DNA of 63,888 nt, filler included, from Octopus bimaculoides (Eukaryota), in NCBI RefSeq assembly GCF_001194135.2. It is 7 parts of 6 records of this genome, joined end to end, with 100 filler letters (N's around TTAATTAATTAA, not from the genome) between each part and the next. Parts side by side here need not be neighbours in the genome. Positions count along the whole stretch, not along the records: positions 17,420 to 37,638 come from NC_068982.1; 6 more parts are not named here. One strand, 5' to 3'. The translations under genes were made by a program, and so were the position numbers. Shown piece after piece: positions 26,281 to 37,738 of the stretch. Positions within the stretch are counted from its first letter, which is position 1; every line of letters begins with the position of its first letter. The notes beneath the pieces were generated by a model. It ran no database searches. It saw only the letters and a program-made list of their open reading frames with translations, and had not been told where the DNA came from.

Positions 26281-29200
26281 CCATATATCTTACATGTAAA
26301 AAATATCCCCGTGTATTCTCCACCATTTCTTTCACTAGCAAAAATTAAACAATTCATGATTTAAAGACTATTTAAAAGTTATCAATGGTTCAATGACCCA
26401 CAAATACACTAAATTTTAAACTTTTCAGAACCGTTCTGATGCCTACAGAGAACAACATCTCAGTGAACCATTTGTTGGCTGCAGCCCACCTCCTGCTGGC
26501 ACCTATTCTCAACTTTGCACTATAAGTTGATACAAATGGTGATTGGTCAAAAAACAGCCAATGAAGTACTAAAAGCAAAAATTAATCAGTAATTCATTGA
26601 AAGCAAAGCTGTTTGATGAACCACTTTTAGGAACAAAACGATAATTTAAGCATGATTGAATGAGCTGCAAGACAAAATATTTATGCAAGAAATACATCTT
26701 ATATGAAATGAACATTTTGTTACTGTTTATATCCTTTTATCACCTCGAAATAAAAAAGAAAAAAACAAAGAACTTTATTTCTCAACACAGTTGACCAAAA
26801 GTGTTACTCCTTCTTCATCCCCCACCGCCTATCTAAAAGAAAACAACAAAAAATTCTCCCAATTGCTTTATCTTCTTCCAGCTATGCTACTGTGTGTGTC
26901 GTCATCATTCAACATCAACTTTTCCATGCTTGCATGGCTGAGATGGAATTTATTGAAGCGGAATTTCTATGACTGGAGGCCCTTCCAGTCAACACTCTTC
27001 ACCTGCTTTCAAGCAAGATAATATTTCTCCATGGTCAGACATGTTTTTCATGAAACACTGGAAACGAACACCAATTGTATGATGGTGATGCTTATTTATA
27101 ACCATCACATGATGTCATGATAAGGGTATATACAAATGCACACAACACACACACGTGTGTGCGTGTGTGTGTGTGTGTGTGTACTTACACACCCATAATG
27201 AACTTCTTTTAGATTCCATCTACCAAATCCACTCACAAGGCTTCTTGGTCAGCCCTTGGCTATAGTAGAAGACACTTGCCCAAGGTGCTGCATGCTGAGA
27301 CTGAACACTGAAACTACATGTTTCAGAAGAAGCTTCTCGGTCATACACCAACACTAGAAAAAGTGGGATACATTTAAAACTATTCCTCTCTACCACAAGG
27401 AAACCACTGTCTCTTCTAAATCCTGGCATCAATGAAAAAAACTAGAAGAAAGAGAAGAATGGCATTCACTGGAACTTGTTAGACTAATGGCGATTGTTTG
27501 TATTTGCAAGAATCAACTTTATAATAAACACTTAAAGGGTGTATGTTTTTCATTCATATCAATTCACCTAGTTTCTTCTTTGATAAAGAGAGCTGCTCAA
27601 AATGTTATTTACTACTTCCTCCTACACCACAACATATAACTATGCAAATTTCAATCACAATCTACAGAAAGGATGGTTGAGAACAGAGTCGTAGGTAGCT
27701 ATTCATCAATGTACACTAAGTTCACTGTGGCTACTTTTAACAGCCTCATACAAAGCCAGGATTGTTCTTGCTACTAATACTCCTGCATATAGCATTGAAT
27801 AAAATTACATCAATGTAATACTAAAGATGGCCTTTTTCTTTCTTATCATTGCTTGAGGATATCAAATAATTACATAGAATTGATTTATTATGTTGACACA
27901 AAGACTTAAATTAGTAATGGTAGAGAATGGTTGACTGAATAGACACCGGTACATGACTAGTACTTATTTTATTGAAATAAGGGGATACAAACATAGCTGA
28001 ATGGTTAAAAAGTTTGCCTTGCAATAGAGAGGTTCTGAGTTCAATCTTGCTACATGGTATCTTGAATATATATCTATAATCATAGCCTCAGGTTGACTCA
28101 TCCTTTCTAAGTGAAATTCAATAGATAGGAGCCTTTTTGAAAGGCTGTTGGGTGGATTGTTCCTAGGGTCTTTACACATTGTGTCATGCTGATTTATTAC
28201 GCTAAGGCAGTGTTTCTCAACCCTTTTACCCTTGTGTAATCCTTAAAATAAATCACATGTCTCAAGGAACTCCTGCACAAAAAAAAAATTATGTGTCATA
28301 TCTTTCTCATATTTTTTCATCATAGTTCATATGGTAAATATCATATATATATATCATCATCATCATATCATCGCTTAACGTCCATTTTCCATGCTGGCAT
28401 GGGTTGGATGGTTTCACTGGGGTCTGGGAAGCCAAGAGGCTGCACCAGGCTCCAATTTGATCTGGCAGTGTTTCTACAGCTGGATGCCCTTCCTAACACC
28501 AACCACTCTGAGAGTGTAGTGGGTGCTTTTTACATGCCATCAACACAGGGGCCAGAGTAGGCTGGCATCGGCCACATTTGGATGGTGCTTTTACATGCCA
28601 TCAGCACAGGAGCCAGTCACACAAAAGGTATGCCTTGGCACTTGCCACCATCTATATCTCTCTCTTCCTTTACTCAACCATCCCATTTATATTCTGATCC
28701 TTGTTCCTTGTGAGTATGCCCAGCATTTTGCCACCATCTCTATCCTGCTGTCTCTCAGTCTCTCTCCTTCTCTTGCACTTCCCTCAAGTTGCTTAATCAT
28801 GTATCTCTTCTCAGTAGCATACCTGTTTCTGTCTTCTTTCTTGATCTCTCTCTCCCTCCAGCCAGGTAACCTTGTACCTCTACAGCAAGACACCTGTTTC
28901 TGTCTCTCTATCTTGCCATAACCTTTCATCATCTGACACAAGGATCACCTTCTCCAATGCCTCCTCTCCTCACAAATGATTTTCTGTCTTGCAAGTTACT
29001 TGGTGACCCTGTCAATGTAGGTGCCACTTAAAAAGCATTGAATCCACACATTATAGTGGTTGGTGTTTGGAAGGGTGTCCAGCTGTAAAAAAACTTGCCT
29101 GTTCTTGTGCAACATAAAAAGCACTTAGTCCATTCTGCTGAGTGGTTGGTGTTAGGAAGAGCGACCAACTGTAAAAATCCTGCCAAAACAGTTACAGAAG

Positions 29201-29874
29201 CCTGGTGCAGGCTCCTGCCTGGCCAGTTCCTGGCAAACCATCCCACCCATGTCAGCATGTAAGGTGGACATTAAACAATGATGATGTTAACTAGCTCAAA
29301 TATGCTGGAGGCATTTTCGAACCTGTAAGAAAGCCATTTTCTGTACTTTGCCATGGAGAAGGTTTCTTGCTGTAGATAAATAGGTGTAAATACACCAAAT
29401 CCTGCTTATGCAGCTCCCTAATCAGACTGTTGAATGTGTGTATTACTGTATTTATTGCATATGTATGCAGGGATGCATGTTTGAATGTGTGTAAATGTGT
29501 GATACAACAGTGCATATGGCTTGGCAAGATGTACTATGCCTTCACAAATTGTTTTAGTTGCCTGTGATGTCACAGGCAGGCACTGACACCTTCACAGCTC
29601 CTTCACCTTTGACTCAGAGGAACATCCAGAATGTGACAGCAAGAGGGAGAAAGGGTTCCATCAGCACTTGACTAGTACTCATTAAACAACATTTGGCCCA
29701 GGATTTGAACACATGACGAGTGTCAAAATACTTGGCTCCTGATAGCTGAGTTTATCAAGTTCTAAGTTGTTATTATTAGAGCTTGGCTCATCTTTGCATA
29801 CATGCTCTTTTGACTATTACGCACACAAAGCAGGCATGCTAAGCTAATATTTTTCCCTCTTGTTCTGTTAACGA

Positions 29875-29881
29875 TATAAAA
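29875..29881 (+). promoter_or_regulatory. Possible TATA box of the small secreted-peptide gene
   Basis: TATAAAA about 200 nt upstream of the ATG exon, with a weak donor (TTT|GTAAAC, 29925) that could close a short 5'-UTR exon. AT-rich background makes this weak. Confidence 0.25.
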
Positions 29882-30078
29882 AAAGGGTTATTTTACTTGA
29901 AATACCAGAACTAATTAAATATTTGTAAACTAGCATTTCAATATCTTTGTTATTTTTATTATTGATGTTTAATATTTGATCTGCATTGCTATAGGCTTTC
30001 TGTAACACAATGATTTTCTAGATTTAATTAATTGGAAAAAGACATTAAATATGATTTTATTAATTTTCCAGAATAAAT

Positions 30079-30130
30079 ATGAAACAATACATTTCCTTGA
30101 TTCTTTTGCTGTGTGGGGCAGTTCTCATTG
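30079..30130 (+). CDS. Signal-peptide exon of a small secreted Cys-rich peptide gene (MKQYISLILLLCGAVLI + G, phase 1)
   Basis: Acceptor TTAATTTTCCAG at 30071, ATG at 30079, 17 codons of N-basic/hydrophobic signal type, and donor G|GTAACG at 30131. The leftover G joins CT of the 36712 exon to give Ala in frame. Confidence 0.8.
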
Positions 30131-30396
30131 GTAACGTATCAAACCTTTATTTATTAACATAACACTAACTCCTAAAAGAAGGTTGAAACTAAATAAAGAA
30201 AAAATACTATTCACCATCATCAACATTTAACGTCTGTTTTCCATGCTGGCATGGGTTGGACAGCTTGGCAGGAACTGGCAATGCTAGGGACCTCACCAGG
30301 TTTCTTAGTTTGATTTCGTAGGGTTTCCGTAGCCAACCATTTTACAGAGTGTATTGAGTGCTTTTTACATGACATCATCACTCACACCAATGCTTT

Positions 30397-30787
30397 TGTA
30401 GTGGCGCGTGTGGCCGCCATCTTGGGAAGTGCCATTGCGCATGTGCAAGGGATTTGCCGTCAGCGGAAGTACCCGGGCACGCGTGCGCAATGCAACAGGT
30501 GGAGAGAGAGCAATAGCGTTTGTCTTCTTCTCTATCTAACAGCGGTCGTGACAACACATATCTTCCAGTGCTCTCTCAACTCGATACTGATTTGTGGTCA
30601 AAGCTTCCTTGGTATTCTAGCGGCATGCCTGTTCACCCAGGAACGAAACGGCTCTACACCTACCTAGAATAAATTATTGATCTGTTGTTACCGTTATCCC
30701 TCGTGTTGTTGTATTTCTGGATTTTAATGATTAATATAAGAACTGGGGAGAGATGGCTGAGCCGTCATATCTCATCCAATTCTTATA
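30397..30787 (+). mobile_element. Probable solo LTR (391 bp, 4-bp TSD CTTT)
   Basis: Starts TGTAG and ends TTATA (TA rather than the canonical CA), flanked by CTTT on both sides (30393-30396, 30788-30791). It interrupts an RTE 3'-UTR copy that resumes afterwards. GC-rich 5' part and AATAAA at 30668. Confidence 0.6.
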
Positions 30788-31042
30788 CTTTGTTTGTGGC
30801 ACCTTGGTTTTAGGATCTCAGTTCTGTTATAGTGGGTGAATATTCTTGATTACAGCAATGCATCACATATCTTGGTCCTCTCTCATCTCTTTTGTAAGGT
30901 TCAGAATTTTGACATCAACCTTCAATACTTTGTCCCCTGTTTTCCTGGGTCTATTACATTTATTTAATGATCTGATATGGAAGAAGGTGCTATGCTTATA
31001 GTTTTCACGGGTTCTCAAGATGGAATGCTTTCTCCTGTTAGT

Positions 31043-31320
31043 CATCATCATCATCATCGTTTAACGTCCGCTTTCCATGCTAGCATGGGTTGGACGATTT
31101 GACTGAGGACTGGTGAAACCGGATGGCAACACCAGGCTCCAGTCTGATTTGGCAGAGTTTCTACAGCGGGATGCCCTTCCTAACGCCAACCACTCAGAGA
31201 GTGTAGTGGGTGCTTTTACGTGTCACCCGCACGAAAACGGCCACGCTCGAAATGGTGTCTTTTATGTGCCACCCGCACAAGCCAGTCCAGGGGCACTGGC
31301 AACTCCAGGGGCACTCAAAG
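31043..31320 (-). mobile_element. Young RTE 3'-UTR copy
   Basis: Differs at about 2 positions over about 220 bp from 37739-37972 (inverted), and at only a few positions from 35021-35226. Confidence 0.9.
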
Positions 31321-33298
31321 GCAGAAATCATTAATATATTTGGTATTTATTTTACCAACCTCCAAAAGGACAACTAGCAAACTTGACTCTTGTCAGATAT
31401 TAATTTCAAAAAATGACAGATGGAATTTATTATAAGTAATTTAGTCTGTCAAACTAGCACAGTTGTTAGCATGTGGAACAAATTGTTTTGTCTCATATGA
31501 CAAATTATTCAGACTTGGCTGTGTGGTTGAGAAGCTTCTTTTCCAACTATGTGGTATCAAGTACAGTCTTACTGCATGGTACCTTGGGCAACCAAAGCCT
31601 TGAGTAAATTTGGTTGATGGAAACTGAAAGAAGCCTATTATTTAAATATTTATATATTAGCCCTGTTTATATATTTACTCTATAGGTTACATATATCATA
31701 CCTTAGTACTGTGTGGACTAGATCCCCATTAATAGGCTCCTGATATTAAAGTGTTAACATGCACGGTATGCAAATTAGTAGCCTCAATTCTCTGTAGCTG
31801 CTGGAATTGTTGAATATATAAACTGATTGGCTGCTTATTTCTCAGGGATTGGTCAAATTGATGTAAATGCTTCTGACGAGAATCCTATAAGATTTGAAAA
31901 TCGATTGGTGTTGTTTGTCATTTTTTAGATCTATGGAGAAATAGCTAAATTAACGCTGTTTCTATACCTACTACATAGGTTTTATATATATATATATATA
32001 TAAATAAATATATATGGGTCTGGGTCTCATGTAGGCAAAGTGGCTGAGCTCCTTTCAAGTGTTGGGTCTCATGGAGGCAATGACCAAAACACTTTGGCGT
32101 TATGTCATGCTTGATAAGAAGACCCATCAAACTGAGCGAAATCACAGTTGTGGCAGATACTGGTGTCACGCAAATAGCACCCATGCTGGTGGCACATAAA
32201 AGCACCCATTACACTCTTGGAGTGGTTGGTATTAGGAAGGGCATCCAGCTGTAGAAAACCATGCCAAATCAGCCTGGAGCAGCCTTCCAGCATGCCAGCC
32301 CAATCAAACCGTCCAACCCATGCTAGCATGGACAATGGACGTTAAATGATGATGATGATGTGCGTGTGTTTACCCTTGTCTTAACATTATGTGATGGTTG
32401 TAAAGAAATATCCTTATCATACAAGCAATCTTGTTTCTTTCCCTGAAAAACATGCCTGGCTAAAGGGACATATTACCTTGCTTGGAAATAGATGAGGGTT
32501 GACAACAGGAAGGGCATTCAGCTGTAAAAAATCCACTTCAGCAAATGTCATCTGGCATGTGTGAGTTTAAAAGCGGAAGTTAAATAATATTTGTTCTAGT
32601 TCACTGCATTCTGAGTTCAAATCACACCAAAGTCGACTTTACTTTCCTTCCTCTTGAGAATTGATAACTAACTCAAGCTTTGTGAGGCAGAAACCGTGTG
32701 AAAGCCCATCTGATGGGTCATACCTGTTATTTAAAGCTGCAACCTTGTCACACACTCTGAACAAGAACTCTACATTAGAACAATGAATGACGACTATGGC
32801 TATAGTGTCCTTGCTATCCAACGTGATTGCTTTCCCAGTGGACTAATGTCAGATGTAGTTAACATTTGTGAAGGATATGGTGAACTCATTTGTCAGAGTT
32901 GGCTCAACCCACCCTGGGTAAATGCCTCTGCAAATGCAAGTAGTACAATACACACCTATGCTATGCTTAATCCATCTGAAAATGTTAAGGGGACATATGT
33001 TTGTGGGGTAGTAAGTCACGGAGGTGCTAATTCAATCACATAAGTATTTCAGTCAATCAAACAATTGAAACACTCCACATTGAAACTACCACAGATCTGT
33101 TTTCTCTACTTTCATTAAAAATAATAAATTTCAAATTTAAAGATACATGAATTCTGTTAAGTTTTCTTGGATTTGATGATAAAGTAAGTGAAAAGAAGTC
33201 GTCGGGTTCAGATGTCAAAAATAGATGTAAATTTTTCTTATTTATTTTAATTTGACTTGATGTTCTTAATTGGTATAATTTTATGTTAGGTTTTTATA

Positions 33299-34935
33299 TT
33301 CATCATCATCATCGTCGTTTAACGTCCGCTTTCCATGCTATCACAGGTTGGACAGTTTGACTGAGGACTGGTGAGCACCAGGCTCAATCTGATCTGGCAG
33401 AGTTTCTACAGCTGGATGCCCTTCCTAACGCTAACCACTCTGAGAGTGTAGTGGGTGCTTTTATGTGCCACCAGCACGAGGGTCAGTCAGGCGGTTCTGG
33501 TAACGACTACACTCAAAAGGTGTTTTTTACATGCTACCTGCATGGGAGCCAGTCCAGCAGCACTGGCAACGACCATGCTCGAATGTTGTTTTCATGTGCC
33601 ACCAACACGGGAGCCAATCCATGGCCCTGGCAATGATCATGCTCAGATGTGCCTTTAACGTTCCACTGGCACGAGTGCCAATCAGGTGGTACTGTTATCG
33701 ACCACGTCAGCGATTTTGATTTGATTTCACTTGCCTCAATAGGTCTTCGCAAACAAAGTTTATTGTCCAATGAATGAGATGGTACTCATAAGTGGGGTGA
33801 TTACTGTGGTACTGGCCAGTTACGATATTGGTTTTATTTGACTCAGCAGCTCATCTCAAGCATATCATATCGCCCAAAGCATGAGGGGTATTCTTAACTG
33901 GACCAGACATGCATGGCTGCAATCTCACTTTAGTTGCTGGGTCTTCTCAATCCCAACATATTACCAAAGGTTTCAGTCTCCTGTCATTGCCTCTGTGAGG
34001 CCCATTGTTCGAAGGTCATGCTTCATCACCTCCTGTCATGTTTTTCTGGGTCTACCTCTTCCACACACAGCTGTTCTCATCCATACGTGACACAAGAAGA
34101 TACCACTGCAATTGTCTCTCTTACACACCACATTTGATGCTTCTTGTGTCCAACTTTTCTCTCAGGGTGCTTACACTCTGTCGTGAATGCACACTGATAT
34201 TACACATCCAGCAGATCATACTAGCTTCATTTCTTTCAAGCCTATGCATGTCCTCAGCATCCATGGCCCATATTTCACTGCTGTGTAGCATGGCAGTTCG
34301 CACACATGCATCATACAGTCTGCCTTTCATCCTGAGCGAGAGGCCCTTACCTGAACTTTGCCCAGGCTATTCTTATTCTAGCCGCTACACTCTCAGAGCA
34401 GCCACCCCCACTTCAGACTTGGTTGCCTAGGTAGTGGAAGCTATTAACGACTTTTAGTTCCCCTCCTTGGCATGTGATGGAATCTGTTTTCTGTACATCT
34501 TCAGTGTTTGTTGCCCCTGTGCATCCGTCACTTACAAAAACTATCTTCCTGGTTAGCCTTCCTTTGATATTACTGCACCTTTTATGTGTCCATAGCTTAC
34601 ATCGGATACATCGTATGGAGTTTCTATCCATGCCTCTTCTACAGATTGAGCAGGGCCATCAACCTGAAGGAATTTGGGATTTGACAGCCTTCCTATTTAC
34701 TAAGGCTTTGGTTTTTGCTAGGTTAACCCTAAGGCCCTTTAATTCTAGACCTTGCTTCCACACCGCAAACTTCGTCTCTAGTTCTGGCAGTGACTTGGTT
34801 ATTAGAGAAGGGCATCAGCATAGAGGAGCTCCCAGGGGCAACCTGTCTTGAATTCCTCTATTGCCTGGAGGACTATAATGAATAAGAGGGGTCTGAGGAC
34901 TGATCCTTTGTGAACCCCTACTTCTACTCAGAATT
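33299..34935 (-). mobile_element. 5'-truncated RTE-clade LINE (RT C-term, PHD-like cluster, 3' UTR, tail)
   Basis: MDRNSIRCIRCKLWTHKRCSNIKGRL and KGRLYDACVRTAMLHSSEIWA, contiguous with the (GAT)n-tailed 3' UTR. Confidence 0.85.
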
Positions 34936-35020
34936 CTATCATTTAATGTCTGTTTTCCATGGTGGAAAGCCAGAAAATTGCACCAGGCTTCACTGTCATT
35001 ATATATATATATATATATAT

Positions 35021-35226
35021 CATCATCATCATCATCATCGTTTAACGTCCGCTTTCCATGCTAGCATGGGTTGGACGATTTGACTGAGGACTGGTGAAAC
35101 CGGATGGCAACACCAGGCTCCAGTCTGATTTGGCAGAGTTTCTACAGCTGGATGCCCTTCCTAACGCCAACCACTCAGAGAGTGTAGTGGGTGCTTTTAT
35201 GTGTCACCCGCAAGAAAACGGCCACA
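35021..35226 (-). mobile_element. Young RTE 3'-UTR copy
   Basis: Near-identical to 31043 and 37739. Confidence 0.9.
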
Positions 35227-35695
35227 CTCTATACGAATACTTTTTAATTATTATATACTTTCCACTGTTGAGATTCCCAGATTTTTAGAAAGCACAGTGA
35301 AATTAATTTATACCCTAAACTCAACTATTGTCTTTTTGATAGTCGAACACCCTGCATAGAGCTTACCTTGAGTACTGTTCCCCATTTCCAAGTTATGGCT
35401 ATAGTCAGTTGTTGAACCTAGTTTGTGAAGTGGGCTAACAGAGAACTTGCTCGAAGTTCTTGACACTGGATGACACAGCAAAAGGAAATCCTGGTGTTTT
35501 CTTCCTCTCACACCATCCTACCAACAATGCAAGTTGTCTAACAATATGGAATGGTGGTGGTTTGCTAAGTAACTTATATATATATATATAATTCCAGTAT
35601 AGGATAAAATCTTTATAAGAATTTATCAAGTAGTTAACGTGAAAAAACCTCATATGGGAAAAATCCATCATTTATTCCCTATAAATATATTTATT

Positions 35696-35897
35696 TATAT
35701 AAGGGCATTACTATACATAAATGCCTCACGCTAAGAGGGACTCTAAAGTCAAACTACCATAATAAACACATTTTTACAGAAAGCAAGGGAATGCAACTCT
35801 CAAAGCTAGCCTCCTAAAAACAGACTAAATGTGTTTATTATGGTAGTTTGACTTTAGAGTCCCTCTTAGCATTTATGTATAGTAATGCCCTTATATA
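35696..35897. mobile_element. Fold-back element / MITE with about 70-bp inverted arms, TA-flanked
   Basis: 35696-35773 is the reverse complement of 35827-35897 apart from a short indel, with a spacer of about 55 bp. Confidence 0.75.
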
Positions 35898-36711
35898 TAT
35901 ATATATGACAGACACACACACATACATACATATATATATATATATATACACAGACATACATATATAATGTGTGTGGGGAGGTGTATTTGAGAGTGTATGT
36001 TTGTGCCCCCTTGTTTTCACATCATCATCGTTTAACATCTGCTTTCCATGCTGGCATGGGTTGGATGGTTTGACTGAGGAATGGCAAGCCAGGAAGCTGC
36101 ACCAATCTAATCTGTCAAGGTTTCTACAGCTGGATGTCCTTCCAAACACCTACCACTCCGAGAGTGTAGTGGGTACTTTCTATGTGCCACCAGCACGGGG
36201 GCCAGTCAGGCGGCACTGGCATCGACTACGCTCAAATGGTGTGTTTTATGTGTCACTGGCATGGGAGCCAGCCAGGCGGCACTAATGAGTTTCACCTTCA
36301 TACAAGTGGTGTCATTCATTTTACAGTCTTCCATGTAAATGAGTTCAGTCACAAGGAAATATTAGTTTCCTTGGAAACAAGTTAAGGTTGACAACAAGAA
36401 TGGGAACCAATCATAGAAAATCTGCTTCAACAAATTCCATCTGATGCATGAAAGCATGGAAAAGTAGATGTTAAAATGATAAATATTTCTTACAAGTGAT
36501 ATATCTTGCAAGGAACTTGGTGATGCTTTCAGTGATGGCATCATGTAAAAGGCATCAAACTGTAGAAAGCATGCCAAAACAGACAATGGAGCCAGATGTG
36601 GCTCCCAGCTTTGACAGTTCCTGTCAAACCATGCAACCCATATCAGCATGGAAAATGGATGTTAAATGATGATTGATAATATTATTCCAAGTATCCATTT
36701 CTTTTTTCCAG

Positions 36712-36872
36712 CTACAGTAACTAATGTGGAGGCAACACTCTGCTATGATAGCATGACTAACTGTAATGCTGCCTGTGGAGGAAGTGATGAGCATTGTAGC
36801 CAGTACTCGTGTACTACCTGGACTGCCAGCTGTATTGTATGCAACTGTGACCTACCAAATTTTCAAACATAA
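36712..36872 (+). CDS. Terminal coding exon of the small secreted peptide: (A)TVTNVEA|TLCYDSMTNCNAACGGSDEHCSQYSCTTWTASCIVCNCDLPNFQT*
   Basis: Strong acceptor CATTTCTTTTTTCCAG at 36711 and a phase-1 start matching the 30079 exon. 8 Cys in 36 residues, TAA stop, and AATAAA 40 nt downstream. No similarity to the repeat families seen in the window. Confidence 0.85.
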
Positions 36873-36911
36873 TACACCAGCACCAATGGAATCTCCTTAT
36901 TGCTCATTCCC

Positions 36912-36917
36912 AATAAA
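36912..36917 (+). terminator. Polyadenylation signal AATAAA of the peptide gene
   Basis: Canonical hexamer 40 nt after the stop, followed by T-rich sequence. Confidence 0.55.
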
Positions 36918-37344
36918 GACCACTGTAATTGAAAGACTTGGATAAAAGATATTTTTAATGTTTTATTTTTCAATGTCATCATGATTTACAAAAATATGTG
37001 CAAATTTTTCCCAGCGAGAAAAAAAAATTAAAGAGAGTATACTGAATTTTTTTTTTTTTATCAACTTAATTTTTGCTGATTAAACAAGTTATCAACTTGC
37101 TCACTTCTTTTGTTCCTGTTTTTGCTTACCTCACTCAACTTGCAACTCCCAGATAATTACTTTGATTTCATTTTATATAAGTTTTTATGATATATTCCAC
37201 TTTAGCTGTAGATAGTTCTCTCTCTCTATGTATATATATCAGTGGCAACTCTGGCACTCAGGCTTAGCCCAAATATAAATTTAGCAAAAGTGAATGTGTA
37301 TTTACTAGCTGATATAACTATCAGAACTAGAGGAGAAGTTTCAG

Positions 37345-37638
37345 GTGTGGAAGCAAGGTCTAGAATTGAAGGGCCTTAGAGTCAACCTAGCTAAAACCAA
37401 AATCCTAATAAGTAGGAAGGTAGATAAAACACAAACCCCTTCAGGTAGATGGCCCTGCTCAGTATGTAGAAAAGGAGTAGGTAGTAACTCTATAAGATGT
37501 ACCCGGTGCAAGCTATGGACACATAAGAGGTGCAGCAACATCAAAGGCAGGTTAACTAGCAAGTTAGTTTTTGTTTGTGGCAGATGTTCAGGTGCAATAA
37601 AGACTGCAAACAAACAGGAAACAACTTCTATCTCATTC
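37345..37638 (+). mobile_element. RTE-clade LINE fragment with PHD-like Cys cluster
   Basis: GLRVNLAKTKIL...GRWPCSVCRKGVGSNSIRCTRCKLWTHKRCSNIKGRL...FVCGRC. Runs into a gap. Confidence 0.85.
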
Positions 37639-37738
37639 NNNNNNNNNNNNNNNNNNNNNNNNNNNNNNNNNNNNNNNNNNNNTTAATTAATTAANNNNNN
37701 NNNNNNNNNNNNNNNNNNNNNNNNNNNNNNNNNNNNNN

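Noticed and set aside
30401-30667. 88-aa ORF MARVAAILGSAIAHVQG...
   Set aside because: It lies entirely within the probable solo LTR, has a GTG start and shows no recognisable domain.
32639-32821. Minus-strand 'GLSHGF' as the missing ZGPAT FSHG exon
   Set aside because: It is SINE-derived, has no suitable phase-2 acceptor and shows no Tudor-like continuation.
32783-33043. 86-aa plus-strand ORF ending ..KGTYVCGVVSH, resembling an Ig-domain exon with a GTAAGT donor
   Set aside because: The DNA aligns to SINE family D (59350-59440: GTTAAGGGTACACGTGTCTGTGGAGTGCTCAGCCAC, which itself reads KGTRVCGVLSH), and its 5' side to SINE tail sequence. It is a decayed repeat open by chance.
35367-35517. 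Minus-strand exon candidate with strong donor CAAG|GTAAGC (DGVRGRKHQDF...MGNSTQ)
   Set aside because: The acceptor is weak and there is no resemblance to ZGPAT Tudor or pre-G-patch sequence in any frame.
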